In this document: positions 1 through 12,582 of the stretch, one piece after another
Numbering within the stretch: the first letter of the stretch is position 1
How the letters are laid out: each line of letters opens with the position of its first letter
Made by a program: the position numbers and the translations under genes
The notes under the pieces: model-generated
Seen by the model: only the letters and a program-made list of their open reading frames with translations
What the model was told of the DNA's origin: nothing
Database searches by the model: none
Origin: an uncultured Acidobacteriota bacterium
GTDB taxonomy: Bacteria; Acidobacteriota; Thermoanaerobaculia; Gp7-AA8
NCBI GenBank assembly: GCA_963822445.1
Contig: CAWGHO010000001.1
Coordinates: 1-64,000 of the forward strand
Reading direction: 5' to 3'
Length of the DNA: 64,000 nt

Positions 1-30
1 TGTGCGTACCTGGTACCAGTACGTATTGCT
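1..30 (+). other. Oxford Nanopore ligation adapter remnant (read start)
   Basis: tgtgcgtacctggtaccagtacgtattgct resembles the ONT adapter ...TGTACTTCGTTCAGTTACGTATTGCT and ends in the exact ACGTATTGCT. Confidence 0.85.
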
Positions 31-926
31 ATCGACGCCGCGACGGGCGACCTGCTCGCCAGCGTGAGCTATCCGTGGCCGTCTCCAGGCGGATCCGCCG
101 CACCCCGATGCGAGGCGAGGCCCAGGCCGGCGGGTTCCTCGATCGCGCGCGGGTACAGGCGGTATCCGCCCGGCTCGACGTTCAAGCTGATCACGGCAGC
201 GGCATCGCTGCGGCGCGACGCCGCGTCGACGGCGCAGACTTTCACGTGCAGCCGCCTCCCCGATGACCGCGTTGGCGCACGCGTTCCCGGCTACACGCGC
301 CCCGTGCGCGACGATGTGAAGGATCGCCATCCGCACGGCAGCATCGGGCTGCATCGGGCGCTCGTCGTGTCGTGCAACGCCTACTTCGCGCAGCTTGCCG
401 CACGGCTTGGTCCGAGGGCGCTGCTCGACGCGGCGGCAGTCGCGGAAATCAGCGCTCACCCGCAACGACTCGCTTACGCGGATGCGCGAGACGCTGCCAC
501 AGGCCGGGTACGGCCAGGGCGACGTCGTCGCATCCCGCTGCGGATGGCCGGCGTGGTGGCGGCGATTGCGTCGGACGGGAAGCTTCGGGATGTCCGGATC
601 GAACAGGACGTCGGGCGCCCCCGCCCGGGAACTGCTGACTCGCGACGCGGCGCGCGCGCTCGCCGGCTACATGCGTGACGTCGTGCTCGACGGTACCGGC
701 CGGAGCCTCAAGAACGGCTCCTGGCCGATTGCGGGCAAGACGGGCACCGCGGAGGTCGTCGGCGGCGTCCCATGCCTGGTTCGTGGGATTCGCGCCCTTC
801 GGACAAGCGACTCGCCGCGTGGCCGTGGCGGTCATTGTCGAAAACGCGGGATACGGCGGCGCCGGCGCGGCGCCGGCCGCGGGCGAAATCCTCGCCGCGG
901 CGGCGGCGCTCGGCCTGGCTCGGTGA
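31..926 (+). CDS. Penicillin-binding protein transpeptidase domain (PbpA-like), 5'-truncated, frameshifted
   Basis: SxxK (PGSTFK), SxN (SCN) and KTG (AGKTGT) motifs across frames; C-terminus HAWFVGFAP...AVAVIVENAGYG. Confidence 0.9.
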
Positions 927-936
927 GGCGATGATC

Positions 937-1762
937 ATGGACATTGCAGGGAAGGCGCGCAAGCTGGAACGGAAGATTACCGAAGGCGGCTCGAATGCGG
1001 CGCGGTGCCGAATTCGTCGGCCGTCCGGCGGCCCGGCCGCCTCGAGATCATGTACAGCGTTCTCGACCCGCGGAAGGCGAGATTCAGGAATCGGCCGCGG
1101 CCGCCGCGTGTTTCCGTTCAATGGAGTGACTGTCCACGTGCTCACCCGGCAGGACCGGTAGGCACGCGCCCGATTCTAGGCCGTCGTCGAGGGCCCGCCC
1201 TCGTTGTCGGAGAGGCTCGTCGACGAATGCGATCGGCCGGGTGTACCGGTCGCGGCATCGGGGTTGACGTCGCGTATCGCGCGCCAAGCGCGGCGGGACT
1301 GGAAGAATCCGCGGCTTCAGGTCGAATTCGAGCGGGTCAGAGGCGGCGCGTCCAGTCGTCGAGCGCGAGGTGTCGGCCAACGTTGATCACGCTGACCAAG
1401 TGATAGGCAGCGCCGCACCGAGCGTCTACATCTTCAACGGCGGGCGCATCGACATCGGCCGCCGGCCGGAGGTGCTCGATCAGCGCCACCGCCTGATCCG
1501 CACCAACGACGTCGCCTTCCTCGACGACGGACCGGAACCGAACGCGAGCGTGTCGCGACGGCACGCGCACGTCGAATTCGTCCGAGCGATGGGCCGCGGT
1601 ACCGGCTCTGGACGACCGCAGCGCCCAAGGAACGAGCTCGTCGGGGTGGCCGGACGGTCGAAGGTGCCCGCAGGCAGCCGTGGCGTGCGGCTGGAGAACG
1701 GCGACGAGCTCGTGCTCGGACACGCGCGCCTCAGGGTCACGATCGAAGACGAAAAAAACTGA
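937..1762 (+). CDS. FHA domain-containing protein (FhaA-like), frameshifted
   Basis: IDIGR...SVSRRHAHV...LENGDELVLGHARLRV is a typical FHA signature; lies directly after the PBP. Confidence 0.8.
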
Positions 1763-1831
1763 TCAGATGACACCTCCCTGCGCCGCAAGGCGCAAGGCGA
1801 GGGGATGCTCAGCGCGCAGGGCGTTCGCGCG

Positions 1832-2865
1832 CTAGACGGACGCGGCCTCGGCCACACCGATGCCGAGCTCCGCGCGGACGCGATCTTCGATCGCCTTGCA
1901 GGTCGCCGGGTTGTCTTTCAGGAACTGCTTCACGTTCTCGCGGCCCTGGCCGAGGCGCTCGCCGCTGAACGCGAACCAGGTGCCGCTCTTCTCGACGATC
2001 TTCGCGATCGACCGCGAGGTCGAGCAGGTCGCCTTCCTTCGAGATGCCCTCGCCGTACATCACGTCGAACTCCGCCTCGCGGAACGGCGGCGCGACCTTG
2101 TTCTTGACGACCTTGACGCGCGTGCGGCCGCCGACGACGACGTCGCCGTCCTTGATGGCGCCGATGCGGCGGATGTCGATGCGGACCGACGAGTAGAACT
2201 TCAGCGCGCGGCCGCCGGTGGTCGTTTCCGGGTTGCCGAACATGACGCCGATCTTCTCGCGCAGCTGGTTGATGAAGATCAGGCAGGTCTTCGACTTCGA
2301 GACGACGCCGGTGAGCTTGCGCAGCGCCTGCGACATCAGCCGCGCCTGCAGGCCCATCTGCGCTTCGCCCATCTCGCCTTCGATTTCGGCGCGCGGCACC
2401 AGCGCCGCCACCGAGTCGACGACGATGACGTCGACGCCGCCGGAGCGGACCAGCACCTCGACGATCTCGAGCGCCTGCTCGCCGTTGTCGGGCTGCGAGA
2501 CGAGCAGGTTGTCGAGATCCACGCCGAGCTTCTGCGCGTACTGCGCGTCGAGCGCGTGCTCGGCGTCGACGAACGCCGCCATGCCGCCGGGCTTCTGCGC
2601 TTGCGCAATGATCTGCAGCGCAGCGTGGTCTTGCCCGACGACTCGGGACCGAAGACCTCGATGACGCGCCCGCGCGGGACGCCGCCGATGCCGAGCGCAT
2701 AGTCGAGGCTGATCGACGCCGGTCGAGATGGAGGGATCGCCGGGATGGCGTCCTTCTGCCGAGGCGCATGATCGAGCCCTTGCCGAACTGCTTTTCGATC
2801 TGGCCGACGGCCATTTCGATGGCTTTTGCGCGCTCGCGGTCGTTACGGTCTTCAACTGGGGGCAT
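1832..2865 (-). CDS. recA: Recombinase RecA
   Basis: [76 protein letters not shown]. Confidence 0.98.
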
Positions 2866-3224
2866 GACGCTCCTGACGCTAGATTCTCGTTGATATGTGG
2901 CGCCCGGCGCGCACGCCGCCCGCGGCACATGCCAGTGTCCGACGGGGGCGTGACAGGGAGGGCCAGCCCGCGCTTGCCTGCACCATCGCTTCGGCGTGGC
3001 AAGCCGCCTGTCCGCCATCGTATGGCGCAGCTGGCCAAGCCGCGGTGAATTCTCGGCCTGTGCCGAGGTGAAAGTCGGCGAAAAACTGTGCACATCTGGC
3101 TCAGAAGTGCTTGTGCCGCCGCTGGTTATGAGTCCTGATGGACTTTCGCCTCAGTGGTGGGTCGGATCGAAGATTCCGCGCGGATCTCTCAGGCCTCCAG
3201 ATCGCGGAAATCGCAACTCGTCGG

Positions 3225-4078
3225 TCAGTAGGGGTAGAAGCCCCTGGCCGCTCTTCCGGCCCAGGTGTCCGGCGGCCACCATGCGACGGAGCAGCGGACA
3301 CGGCCGGTACTTCGGATCGCCGAGGCCGTCGTGCAGCACCTCGAGGATGGCCAGGCACACGTCGAGGCCGATGAAGTCGGCGAGCGTCAGCGGGCCCATC
3401 GGATGGTTCATGCCGAGCTTCATGACCGTGTCGATCGCCTCCGGCGTTGCCGACGCCTTCCATCACGCGTAGACCGCCTCGTTGATCATCGGCATCAGGA
3501 TGCGGTTGGCGATGAAGCCGGGATAGTCGGCGGCTTCGACCGGCGTCTTGCCCAGCGCGCGTGCACAGCTCGGTCGCGACGGCATCGATCTCCGGGCGAC
3601 GTCGCCTGTCCGCGGATCAGCTCGACGAGCGTCATCAGCGGCACCGGGTTCATGAAGTGCATGCCGAGCACCTTGTCCGGACGCTTGGTCGCGGCGCCGA
3701 GCGTGGTGATGGAGATGGAGGAGGTGTTCGACGACAGGATGACGTCCGGCCGCGTGATCGGGTCGAGCCGCGCGAACACGTCGCGCTTGACGTCCACGTT
3801 CTCGACGATCGCTTCGACGACGTAGTCGACGTCGGCGAGCTCGTCGAGCGTCGGCTCGGCGGCGAGGCGGGCGAGCGCGGCGTCGCGATCCGTCGGCGCG
3901 TCAGCTTGCCCTTCTCGACGAACTTGCCGAGGCTCTTCTCGATCGTGCCGCGCGCGCGGTCCAGCGCCGCGGGCGCGGCGTCGACCAGCTGGACGTCGAA
4001 CCCGGTCTGCGCGAACACCTGGGCGATGCCGTTGCCCATGGTGCCTGCGCCGACGACGCCGACTGTCGATATCTGCAT
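3225..4078 (-). CDS. hbd: 3-hydroxybutyryl-CoA dehydrogenase
   Basis: [15 protein letters not shown] Rossmann motif, [40 protein letters not shown]. Confidence 0.93.
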
Positions 4079-4173
4079 CGAAGTCCGCAGATGTCCGAAT
4101 CTGCGGGGCGCCTTCAGGCAAGACTGGTCGACGACCGTGTCGGCTCGTCTGCACAAGCTCGATCCTAAGGCGG

Positions 4174-5360
4174 CTACAGGAGCTTCGATCGGCCAGCGCG
4201 ACGCCGTTACCGCCGCCCAGACACAGCGCCGCGATGCCCGCGTCTTGCCCTGGCGCCTCAGCGCGTAGATCAGCGTCGTCAGCACGCGCGCGCCGCTGGC
4301 GCCGATCGGATGCCCGAGCGCGACCGCGCCGCCGTGGACGTTCACCGTTCCGGGATCGAATGCCGAGCTCGCGCATGACGGCGACCGCCTGCACCGAGAA
4401 GGCTTCGTTGATCTCGAACAGGTCGACGTCTTCAGCTCCCAGCCGATCTTCCGGCGACCTTCCGCACGGCTTCGACCGGCGTCATCAGCACCAGCTTCGG
4501 CGCCAGCCGCGCGTCGCCTGGCCGACGATGCGCGCGAGCGGCGTGAGGCCGAGTGCGCGCGCCTTCTCGGCCGCCATGACCACGAGCGCGGCGGCGCCGT
4601 CGTTGACGCCCGGCGCGTTGCCGGCCGTCACGGTGCCGTCCTTCTTGAATGCCGGCTTCAGTCCGGCCAGCGCTTCGGTGGTCGTGTCCGCGCGGACCGC
4701 CTCGTCGTGATCGAGACGACGCGGCGCCCCTTCTTCTGCGGGATCTCGACCGGCACGAATCTCGTCGCTCGAACCAGCCCTGGCGCGTCGCGTGCGCCGC
4801 CTTGCGATGGCTTCCGCCGCGTAGTCGTCCTGCTCGCTCGCGCGTCGACCTTGTACGTGCTCGGCGACGTGCTCACCCGACATCCCCATGTGACACTGCT
4901 CGAACGCGCACCACAGGCCGTCGTGGATCATCGAGTCGACGAGCGTGCCGTTGCCCATGCGCAGGCCCTCGCGGACGCGCGGCAGCAGGTACGGGGAGTT
5001 GCTCATCGACTCCATGCCGCCGGCGACGGCGATGTCGATGTCGCCGGTTGCGATCCCCTGCGCGGCGAGCATCACGGCCTTCAAGCCGGAGCCGCAGACC
5101 TTGTTGATCGTCATGCGCGGCGACGTGATCGGCGAGGCCGCCGTTGAGCGCGGCCTGGCGCGCGGGATTCTGGCCTTCGCCGGCGCTGCGACGACGTTGC
5201 CCATGATGCATTCGTCGACGATCGCCGGATCGATGCCGGCGCGCCGCACGGCTTCGCGCACGGCGATCGCGCCGAGCTCGGGGGCGGTGAAGTCTTTCAG
5301 GCCTCCGAGAAACTTGCCGGTCGGCGTACGGACGGCCGAGACGATGACGGATTCGCGCAT
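4174..5360 (-). CDS. Acetyl-CoA C-acetyltransferase (thiolase)
   Basis: [71 protein letters not shown]. Confidence 0.95.
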
Positions 5361-5367
5361 GATCGTG

Positions 5368-5696
5368 TTACGCTTCAGTCCTGGTCCGATTCGCCGGACG
5401 ATGTCGATCCGCAGCGACGGTCGTGGCCGCCGAGCAGGTGCTGGAGCTCGCGCCGAGACATCGCGTCGGCCGAGCGCGCGCGGCTCGAACCTCGCCGCGC
5501 TCCATCGCTCGGTCAGCGCGCGCGAACGGTCAACACGCCGTCCTGGACGCGATCGATGCGTCGTCGAGCGCGCGAGCCCGGGACCCACCGCGAGCTCCCA
5601 GCGGCGAAGTTCGTGTCGGGCCGGAGAAGACGGCCGCTTCCGTCACGGATCTCCGCGCCAGGACGCTGGTGGCGAAGGTCTCTGAAGCGGTATCAC
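5368..5696 (-). CDS. dciA: DciA/DUF721-family protein (frameshifted)
   Basis: Stitched frames give ...[13 protein letters not shown]...DGVLTVRA...W...RLQHLLG...LRIDIV, the DUF721 pattern. Confidence 0.6.
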
Positions 5697-5725
5697 GCTC
5701 CGGCCGATACTGATGCGCGAAACGC

Positions 5726-6290
5726 ATGCGCCTGGTCCTGGCCTCTGCCTCTCCCCGGCGCGCGGAGCTGCTTGACGGCGGCCGGCTTCGTTTCGACGTC
5801 GCGCCGGCGGACGTCGACGAGACGCCGCTTCACCAACGAGAGCCTCCGGCCGACTACGTGGCTGCGCGTGGCGCGGCGAAAGGCGCGGGCGGCGTCGGAG
5901 ACACCGAACGGCAGGCCAGTGCTGGCGGCCGACACGATCGTCGTGGCGCGACGGCAGATCCTCGGCAAGCCGGCCAGACGCCACCGATGCGGAGCAGATG
6001 CTGCGGCTGCTGTCCGGGCGGTCACGACGTGCCTGACCGGCGTCGTCCTGGTGGCAGGTGAGCGCGAAGCGGTGCGAGGTCGTCTCCACGCGCGTCCGCT
6101 TCGCGCCGCTGACCGACGCCGAGATCGACGTGGTACGTCGCACTGGCGAGCCCACGGGAAGGCCGGAGCCTACGGGATCCAGGGGCGGGCGTCGCGGTTC
6201 ATCGACTGGATCGAGGGTCCTGGTCGAACGTCGTGGGCCTCCCGGTGGCCACCGTCTGACCGGCATGCCTCAAGGACGCGGGCATACTAT
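5726..6290 (+). CDS. maf: Maf family nucleotide pyrophosphatase
   Basis: [43 protein letters not shown]; 3' end approximate. Confidence 0.93.
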
Positions 6291-6323
6291 GCTGACGGTA
6301 ACTCCTAGGCTGCACGGAGATTC

Positions 6324-6770
6324 ATGACAGCCAAAGCTTTCAAGATCGCCGCCACGTCGTCGTCGTCCTGGTCGCTCTGACGGCCTCATGTATACGCCAC
6401 GCTTCGCGAGACACGCAGGTACTACAAGCACGTCGACGAGGTGATGCGGACCCCGGCGCCTGGCACGGCAAGCGCCTGCAGCTCCACGGCTACGTCGACC
6501 GTCGATCGAGCGAGCGGAACTCGCTCGACTACGGTTCAAGGTCCGGAACAACGGCACAGTCGTCACGGCGCACTACACCGGCATCGTTCCCGACACGTTC
6601 AAGGACGGCTCGGAAGTCGTGCTGAAAGGGAAGCTGCCCGAAGGCTTCGCCGTCGAGCCCAACGGCGTGATGGCGAAGTGCCCGTCCAAGTACGAGCCGG
6701 CGAAGCCCGGCGCCCCGCGCCGCAACCGCGGCACGACGGCCCGGCGCCGCGACAGCGACAGAGCATGGCC
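6324..6770 (+). CDS. ccmE: Cytochrome c maturation heme chaperone CcmE (Cys variant)
   Basis: YTGIVPDTFKDGSEVVLKG...MAKCPSKY; first gene of the ccm cluster. Confidence 0.9.
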
Positions 6771-9260
6771 TGCGCTCGGCTCGTTCCTCCTCCTCGCCAC
6801 GTTCGTCGTCGCTGGCCTACGCGCTGGCCGCGTCGTCGCCGGCGCGCGGCGCCGATCGCGCGCGCTGATCGAAAGCGGCGTCGGCGCGTTCTACCTGGTC
6901 ACGGCGCTGATGACCGTCGCGTCCGGCGTGATCATGCACGCCTTCGTCACCGACAACTACGCGATCAAGTACGTCGCAGCGGTATTCCGACGCCGCGCAG
7001 CCGCTGGCCTACAAGATCACCTCGTACTGGGGCGGCCTCGACGGCTCGATCATGTTCTGGGTGTTCCTGCTGTCGGTGTTCGGCGCGATCGCCGTGTACA
7101 CCAACCGCGAGCGGCACCGCGAGCTGATTCCCTGGGTCGTCGCCGTCATCGCCGTCGGCGGAGATGTTCTTCCTCTTCCTGATGGTGGTGCACAACAACC
7201 CGTTCTAGACGTACCTGTCGCCGCGCGCCGGCCGACGGCGCAGGGGCTGAACCCGCTCCTGCAGAACTTCTACATGGCGATCCACCCGCCGTCGCTGTAC
7301 ATCGGCTTCGTCGGCGATGACGATTCCGTTCGCGTTCGGCATGGCGGCGCTCGATCACCGGGCACCTCGACGACTCGTGGCTGCGCGCCGTGCGCCGCTG
7401 GACGATGATCGGCTGGCTGTTCCTGTCGTTCGGCCTGACGCTCGGGATGCTCTGGGCGTACGAGGAGCTCGGCTGGGGCGGCTACTGGGGCTGGGATCCG
7501 GTCGAGAACGCCGGCCTGCTGCCGTGGTTCACGGCGACCGCGTTCCTGCACTCGGTGATGGTGCAGGAGCGGCGCGGCATGCTGCGCGTCTGGAACGTGA
7601 CGCTGGTCATCACCACGTTCTTCCTGACGATCTTCGGCACGTTCATGACCCGCTCGGGCGTCGTGCAGTCCGTCCACGCCTTCGGCGAGGACCGTGAGCT
7701 GGCGTGGATGTTCACCGTCTTCATGGTCGCTGATCGTGCACGTTCAGCTTCGGGCTGGTGATCTACCGGCTGCCGCTGCTGCGCGTCGCGCCACGAGCTC
7801 GACTCGTGGGTGTCGCGCGAGGCGGCGTTCCTGGCCAACAACTGGATCCTGCTGTTCTCGGCGTTCTTCGTCCTGTTCGCGACGATGTTCCCGACGCTGA
7901 GCGAGGCCGTGCCGCGGCGAGCGGCTGACGGTCGGCCCGCCGTTCTTCAACAAGTGGATGCTGCCGATCGGGCTGGCGCTGCTGGTGCTGACCGGCATCG
8001 GGCCGCTGCTGGCGTGGCGCAAGTCCACGCTGTCGCAACCTGGTCACCAGTTCATGTGGCCGGCCGCTGTTGCGGCGCTCGTCGGTCCGGCGGCGCTGGT
8101 CGCGCTCGGCGTTCGCGGTCTGGTCCTCGGGCATCTGCTTCGCGCTGTGCGCGTTCGTCGTCGGCGACGCTCGTGCAGGAGTTCATCGCGCGGCGCGCAG
8201 GTGCGGCAGGGCGCATCCGGCTCCGACGTGCTGACCGCGCTGATCGGCCTCGTCGGCCGCCAGCGCCGCCGCTACGGCGGCTACATCGTCCACCTCGGCA
8301 TCGTGCTGATGTTCCTCGGCTTCGCCGGCGGAGGGCTTCAAGCACGAAGAGAAGATGCTGCTGAAGCCCGGGCAGACAGGTGCACGGTCGGCGCGTTCAC
8401 GGTCCGCCACGATGCGCTCGCGGTCACGCAGCGACGAGCAGAAGCAGATGATCACCGGCCACGTGACCGTGCTCGCGGACGGCAAGGAGATCGGCAGATG
8501 ACGCCGGCGAAGTGGTTCTTCGCCAAGCACGAGGAGGAGCCGACGACCGAGGTCGCGATCCGCCGCGGCGTCGCGGAGGACCTCTACATCGTGCTCGCCG
8601 GCTACGAGCGTCGAGACGCAGAGCGCGACCTACGCGGTGACGGTCAATCCGCTGGTGAACTGGATCTGGTTCGGCTTCGGCGTGCTGGCGTTCGGCACCG
8701 GCCTCGCGCTGCTGCCCGAGCGCGCGTTGGCGTTCGCCGACGGCGAAGGTTCCGGCCGGCGCGGCGACCACGTCGATGCTGCTCTGCTGCTCCTGCTGGC
8801 TGCCGGCGCGTGGCCGGCGCGCAGACCGTCGATGCCGCGCAGCGCGTTCCGCGACAGCAGCTCGAAGCGGAGATGATGTGCAAGTGCGGCGGCTGCAAGG
8901 CGCCGATGAACAACTGCCCGATGGGGCCGGGTTGTCACGGCCTGCAGGAGCAGCAGCGCGAAGCTCGACAAGTACTGTCGGCGCAGGGCATGAACCGCGA
9001 GCAGATGCTCGCGGCGTTCGTCGCGGACTACGGCGGCCAGGACGATTCTGGCGGCGCCGATCGACAAGGGCTTCAACCGGCTGGCGTGGGCGTTGCCGTA
9101 TGTGCGTCGGCGTCGACGGGCGCGGTCGGTCGGCGGTGCTCGTCGCGCGGCGCTGGTCGCGCCGCCGCAGCCGACCGACGGCGAGCGCCGGCCGCGCCGC
9201 GCCGGAACGACGCCGCGCTGCGGCGCGCGGCTGGACGATGAGCTCAGAGACCTCGACTAG
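6765..9260 (+). CDS. ccmF: Heme lyase CcmF with C-terminal CcmH-like domain
   Basis: HPPSLYIG, WAYEELGWGGYWGWDPVENA, RSGVVQSVHAF, YGGYIVHLG, VNPLVNWIWFG; then MMCKCGGC...C...CHG...FVADYGG (CcmH-like). Confidence 0.9.
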
Positions 9261-9861
9261 CGCGACGACGCGCCGCGCTGACCGCCGAACGCGAACTGCC
9301 GACGCAGCGGCCGGACGCTTTCAAGCCGTGGCACTTCTTCGTGCTGCTGTCGCTGCTGGCGGCGACCGTCGCGGTCGTCTGGCGCGGCAGCCCGCCCGGA
9401 GAACCTGATCCTGATCAGCCTGACGATTGGCGCGGCCGGGTCTCGCCGCCGCGGCGCTCTACCGGATGCTCGCGCCGCTCGTCGGCGCCGACTGTCGCTC
9501 GGTCGGCGAGCCGCTCAGCGAGCGGCATGCGCGTCGAACTCGAACGCGAGAAGGCGCTTGACGCTGCGTTCGATCAAGGAGCTCGAGTTCGATCGCGCGA
9601 TGGGCAAGGTCTCGCCGCAGGACTTCGACGAGATGGCGGCGCGCCTGCGCGCCCGGGCGCTGGCAGCTGATGCGGCAGCTCGACGCTGGACGGCGGTACC
9701 GCGAGCTGATCGAGAGCGAGCTCGGCGCATCGGCTCCGGCCGGCAAAGGCCGCGCCAACGCCGCAGGCCGCGGCCGCCGCCGCTGCCGCAGGGATGTGCG
9801 CGTGCGGCACCGCGAACGATCCGACGCCGCGTTCTGCAAGAAGTGCGGCACGAAGCTGTGA
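9238..9861 (+). CDS. Membrane protein with C-terminal zinc ribbon (CcmI N-terminal-like)
   Basis: TM segments, LRSIKELEFDRAMGKVSPQDF, C-terminal CACGTAND..DAAFCKKCGTKL. Confidence 0.65.
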
Positions 9862-9869
9862 GGGCCGGC

Positions 9870-11130
9870 ATGAGCCGCTGCGTCCGCGCTCGATCGCCGC
9901 GGTCGTGCCTGGCGCTCGCTGGTGGCCGTGTCCGCGCTGCCGGCGAGTCGCACTGCGCAGGCGCGCAGATGCCCGATCCCCAGGCGATGTCGGGCATGCC
10001 GCTGCCGGTCCGCGACCTGCCGCCGGCACCGTGACCGTGCGCGTCATCCGCGGGTGCGCTCGACGAATCCGCTGCCGGCCAGACCGTCGAGCTCACCGGC
10101 GCCGGACGTCCCGTCCGCGAAGACCGACGACAGCGGCCGCGCCGAAGTTCAAGCGGGCTGCCGCCCGGCGCGCGCGTGAAGGCCGCGGTGATGGTCGGCG
10201 GCGAGCGGCTCGAATCGCAGGAGTTCGAGGTGCCTGCGGCCGGCGGCATGCGCCTGATGCTCGTCGCCACCGACCGGCATCGCGCCGGCGGCCGCGGCCG
10301 ATCGCGCGCTGGGCAGCACGCCGCCGGTCCAGCCCGGGCGCCTGGCAGTGGTCGTCTTCGGCGACCAGAGCCGCTTCGTCTTCGAAATGGGCGACGACGG
10401 GCTGAACGTCTTCTACATCCTGCAGATCGTGAACACCGCGCAGCGTCCGGTCAACCCCGGCGGGCCGCTGGTGTTCGATCTGCCCCGCGGAGGCGCGCGG
10501 CGCCGACGCTGCTCGAAGGCTCGTCGCCGCAGGCGCGGTCCGCGGCCGGCAGGTCACGATCGCCGGCCCGTTCGCTCCGGGCAAACCATGGTGCAGTTCG
10601 CGTACACCATGCCGCTCGGCGATGACGAGCTCGTCATCGCGCAGACGCTGCCGGCGCCGCTGACCAGCTGGCGGTGGTCGCGCAGAAGGTCGGCGAGATG
10701 CAGCTGTCGTCGCCGCAGATCCCGAGCAGCGCGAGATGCCGGCCGACGGGCAGACCTACATCGTCGGCCGCGGCGGCGCCGGTGCCGGCCGGGACAGGTG
10801 TCTGACGCTTGAGTTCTCGGGCCTGCCGCATCGGCCGACCTGGCCGCGCAACGCTGGCGCTGGCGCTCGCGATCCTGATCCTTGTGGCCGGCGGCGTGGG
10901 CGCGTTCCGTGCGGCGAGACGCACACGCGCCGCGCGATGGCAGCGCCGCGAGCTCGAGGCGCGGCGCGACCGGCTGTTCGCCGAGCTGGCGGCGCTCGAA
11001 GAGCAGCAGCGCAAGGGCAGCTCGACGATCCCGTGACCTACGCCGCACCGCCGGCGCGAGCAGATTGCCGCGCTCGAACGCATCTACGCGGCGCTCGAGG
11101 ACGCGGTCGCCCGTCGGCGTCGCGTCCTGA
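9870..11130 (+). CDS. Exported protein with carboxypeptidase-regulatory-like domain and C-terminal TM/coiled coil (ccm accessory)
   Basis: Signal-peptide-like start, GTVTVRVIRG...KTDDSGRA, C-terminal TM then RRELEARRDRLFAELAALE. Confidence 0.55.
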
Positions 11131-11154
11131 TTTCTCGATGACCGGCCGCGGCCC

Positions 11155-11876
11155 ATGACCGCTCCCGCCACGTCGCTCTGAGATCCTGATACGCTCACCT
11201 TCCACGAGGTCACCCGCAACTTCGGCCGCCGCCGCGCGCTGAACGCGTGTCGCTGACTGCCGAGCCGGCAAGATTGTCGCGCTGCTCGGCCCCAACGGCG
11301 CCGGCAAGTCCACGCTCCTCTCGATCGCCGCGACGCTGCTCGCGCCGTCCGCGGGCGAGGTCCGTACGGCGACGCCAGCCCGCCACGGCGGGCCGCGGCG
11401 CTGCGCGCCCGGATCGGCCTGCTCGGCCACGATCTCTACCTCTATCCGGAGCTCACGGCCGCCGAGAACCTGCGTTCTTCGCGCGGCTGTACGAGCTTCG
11501 ACGCGGTCGCGAGCGCCGCGGTCGACGCCGCGCTGGCCGCGCCGGCCTCGCCGACCGGCGCGACGATACCGGTGGTGGGATTCTCGCGCGGCATGCGCCA
11601 GCGGCTCGCGCTCGAGCGCGCGCTGCTGCACGAGCCGCGGCTGCTGCTGCTCGACGAGCCGTTCACCGGCCTGGACGAGGCCGCGCGGCGGCGCTGCGCG
11701 AGCGGCTCTGCGCCGCTGCGCGGCGAGCCGGCGCCATCGTGCTGCTGACGACGCACGATCTCGAGGCGATCGAGACGGATCGTCGACCGCGCTGTCGTGC
11801 TGTCGGCGGACGACTGACGCTCGTCGATGGCGGCGGTCGCTGCGCGAGCGCTACCGGCAGCATCGCGACGCCATGA
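11155..11876 (+). CDS. ccmA: Heme ABC exporter ATP-binding subunit CcmA
   Basis: [11 protein letters not shown] Walker [34 protein letters not shown]. Confidence 0.88.
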
Positions 11877-12560
11877 ACTTCCTGCGCGACGGTCTGGCTG
11901 GTGACGCGCAAGGACCTGCTGATCGAACTCCGGAGCCGCGAGATTCTCTACACGACGCTGTTCTTCGCGCTGTCGTGCGTGCTGGTGTTCGCCTTCGGGT
12001 TCGTCAAGGAGGGCGCGGCCGGTGGACGACGCGGCCGCCGGCATCCTGTGGATCGCGGTCGCGTTCTCCGGCACGCTGGCGCTGGGGCGGGCGTTCGAGC
12101 GCGAGCGCCAGAGCGAGACGCTGCGCGCGCTGCTGCTGGCGCCGGTCGATCGCCCGGCGCTCTACGTCGGCGAAGCTGCTCGGGCGTGCTGACCCTGCTG
12201 GCGGCGGTGCGAGGTGGTGGTGGTGCCGCTGGTGGCGCTGATGTTCCAGGCGCCGGTGTTCGCGCACTCCGATGCTGTGCTCGGCCTGCTGCTCGCGGGG
12301 ACCGTGGGGTTCGCGGCGGTCGGGACGCTGTTCGCCGCGATGCTGGTCGCGGGCGCGCAGCCGGGACGTGCTGCTGCCGGTGCTGCTGTATCCGATCACC
12401 GTGCCGGTGATCATCGCCGGGGTGCGCGGCACCGCGGCGCTGCTGCAGCCGGACGCCGACCTGGCGATGGCGCGGGCCTGGCTCTCGATGCTGGTGTTCT
12501 TTCGATGTGGTCTTCATCACGCTGGCCCTGTGGACGTTCGAGCCGGTGATGACCGAGTAA
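11873..12560 (+). CDS. ccmB: Heme exporter permease CcmB
   Basis: [39 protein letters not shown]. Confidence 0.88.
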
Positions 12561-12582
12561 CGTGATCCCGGATCGACCGCCG

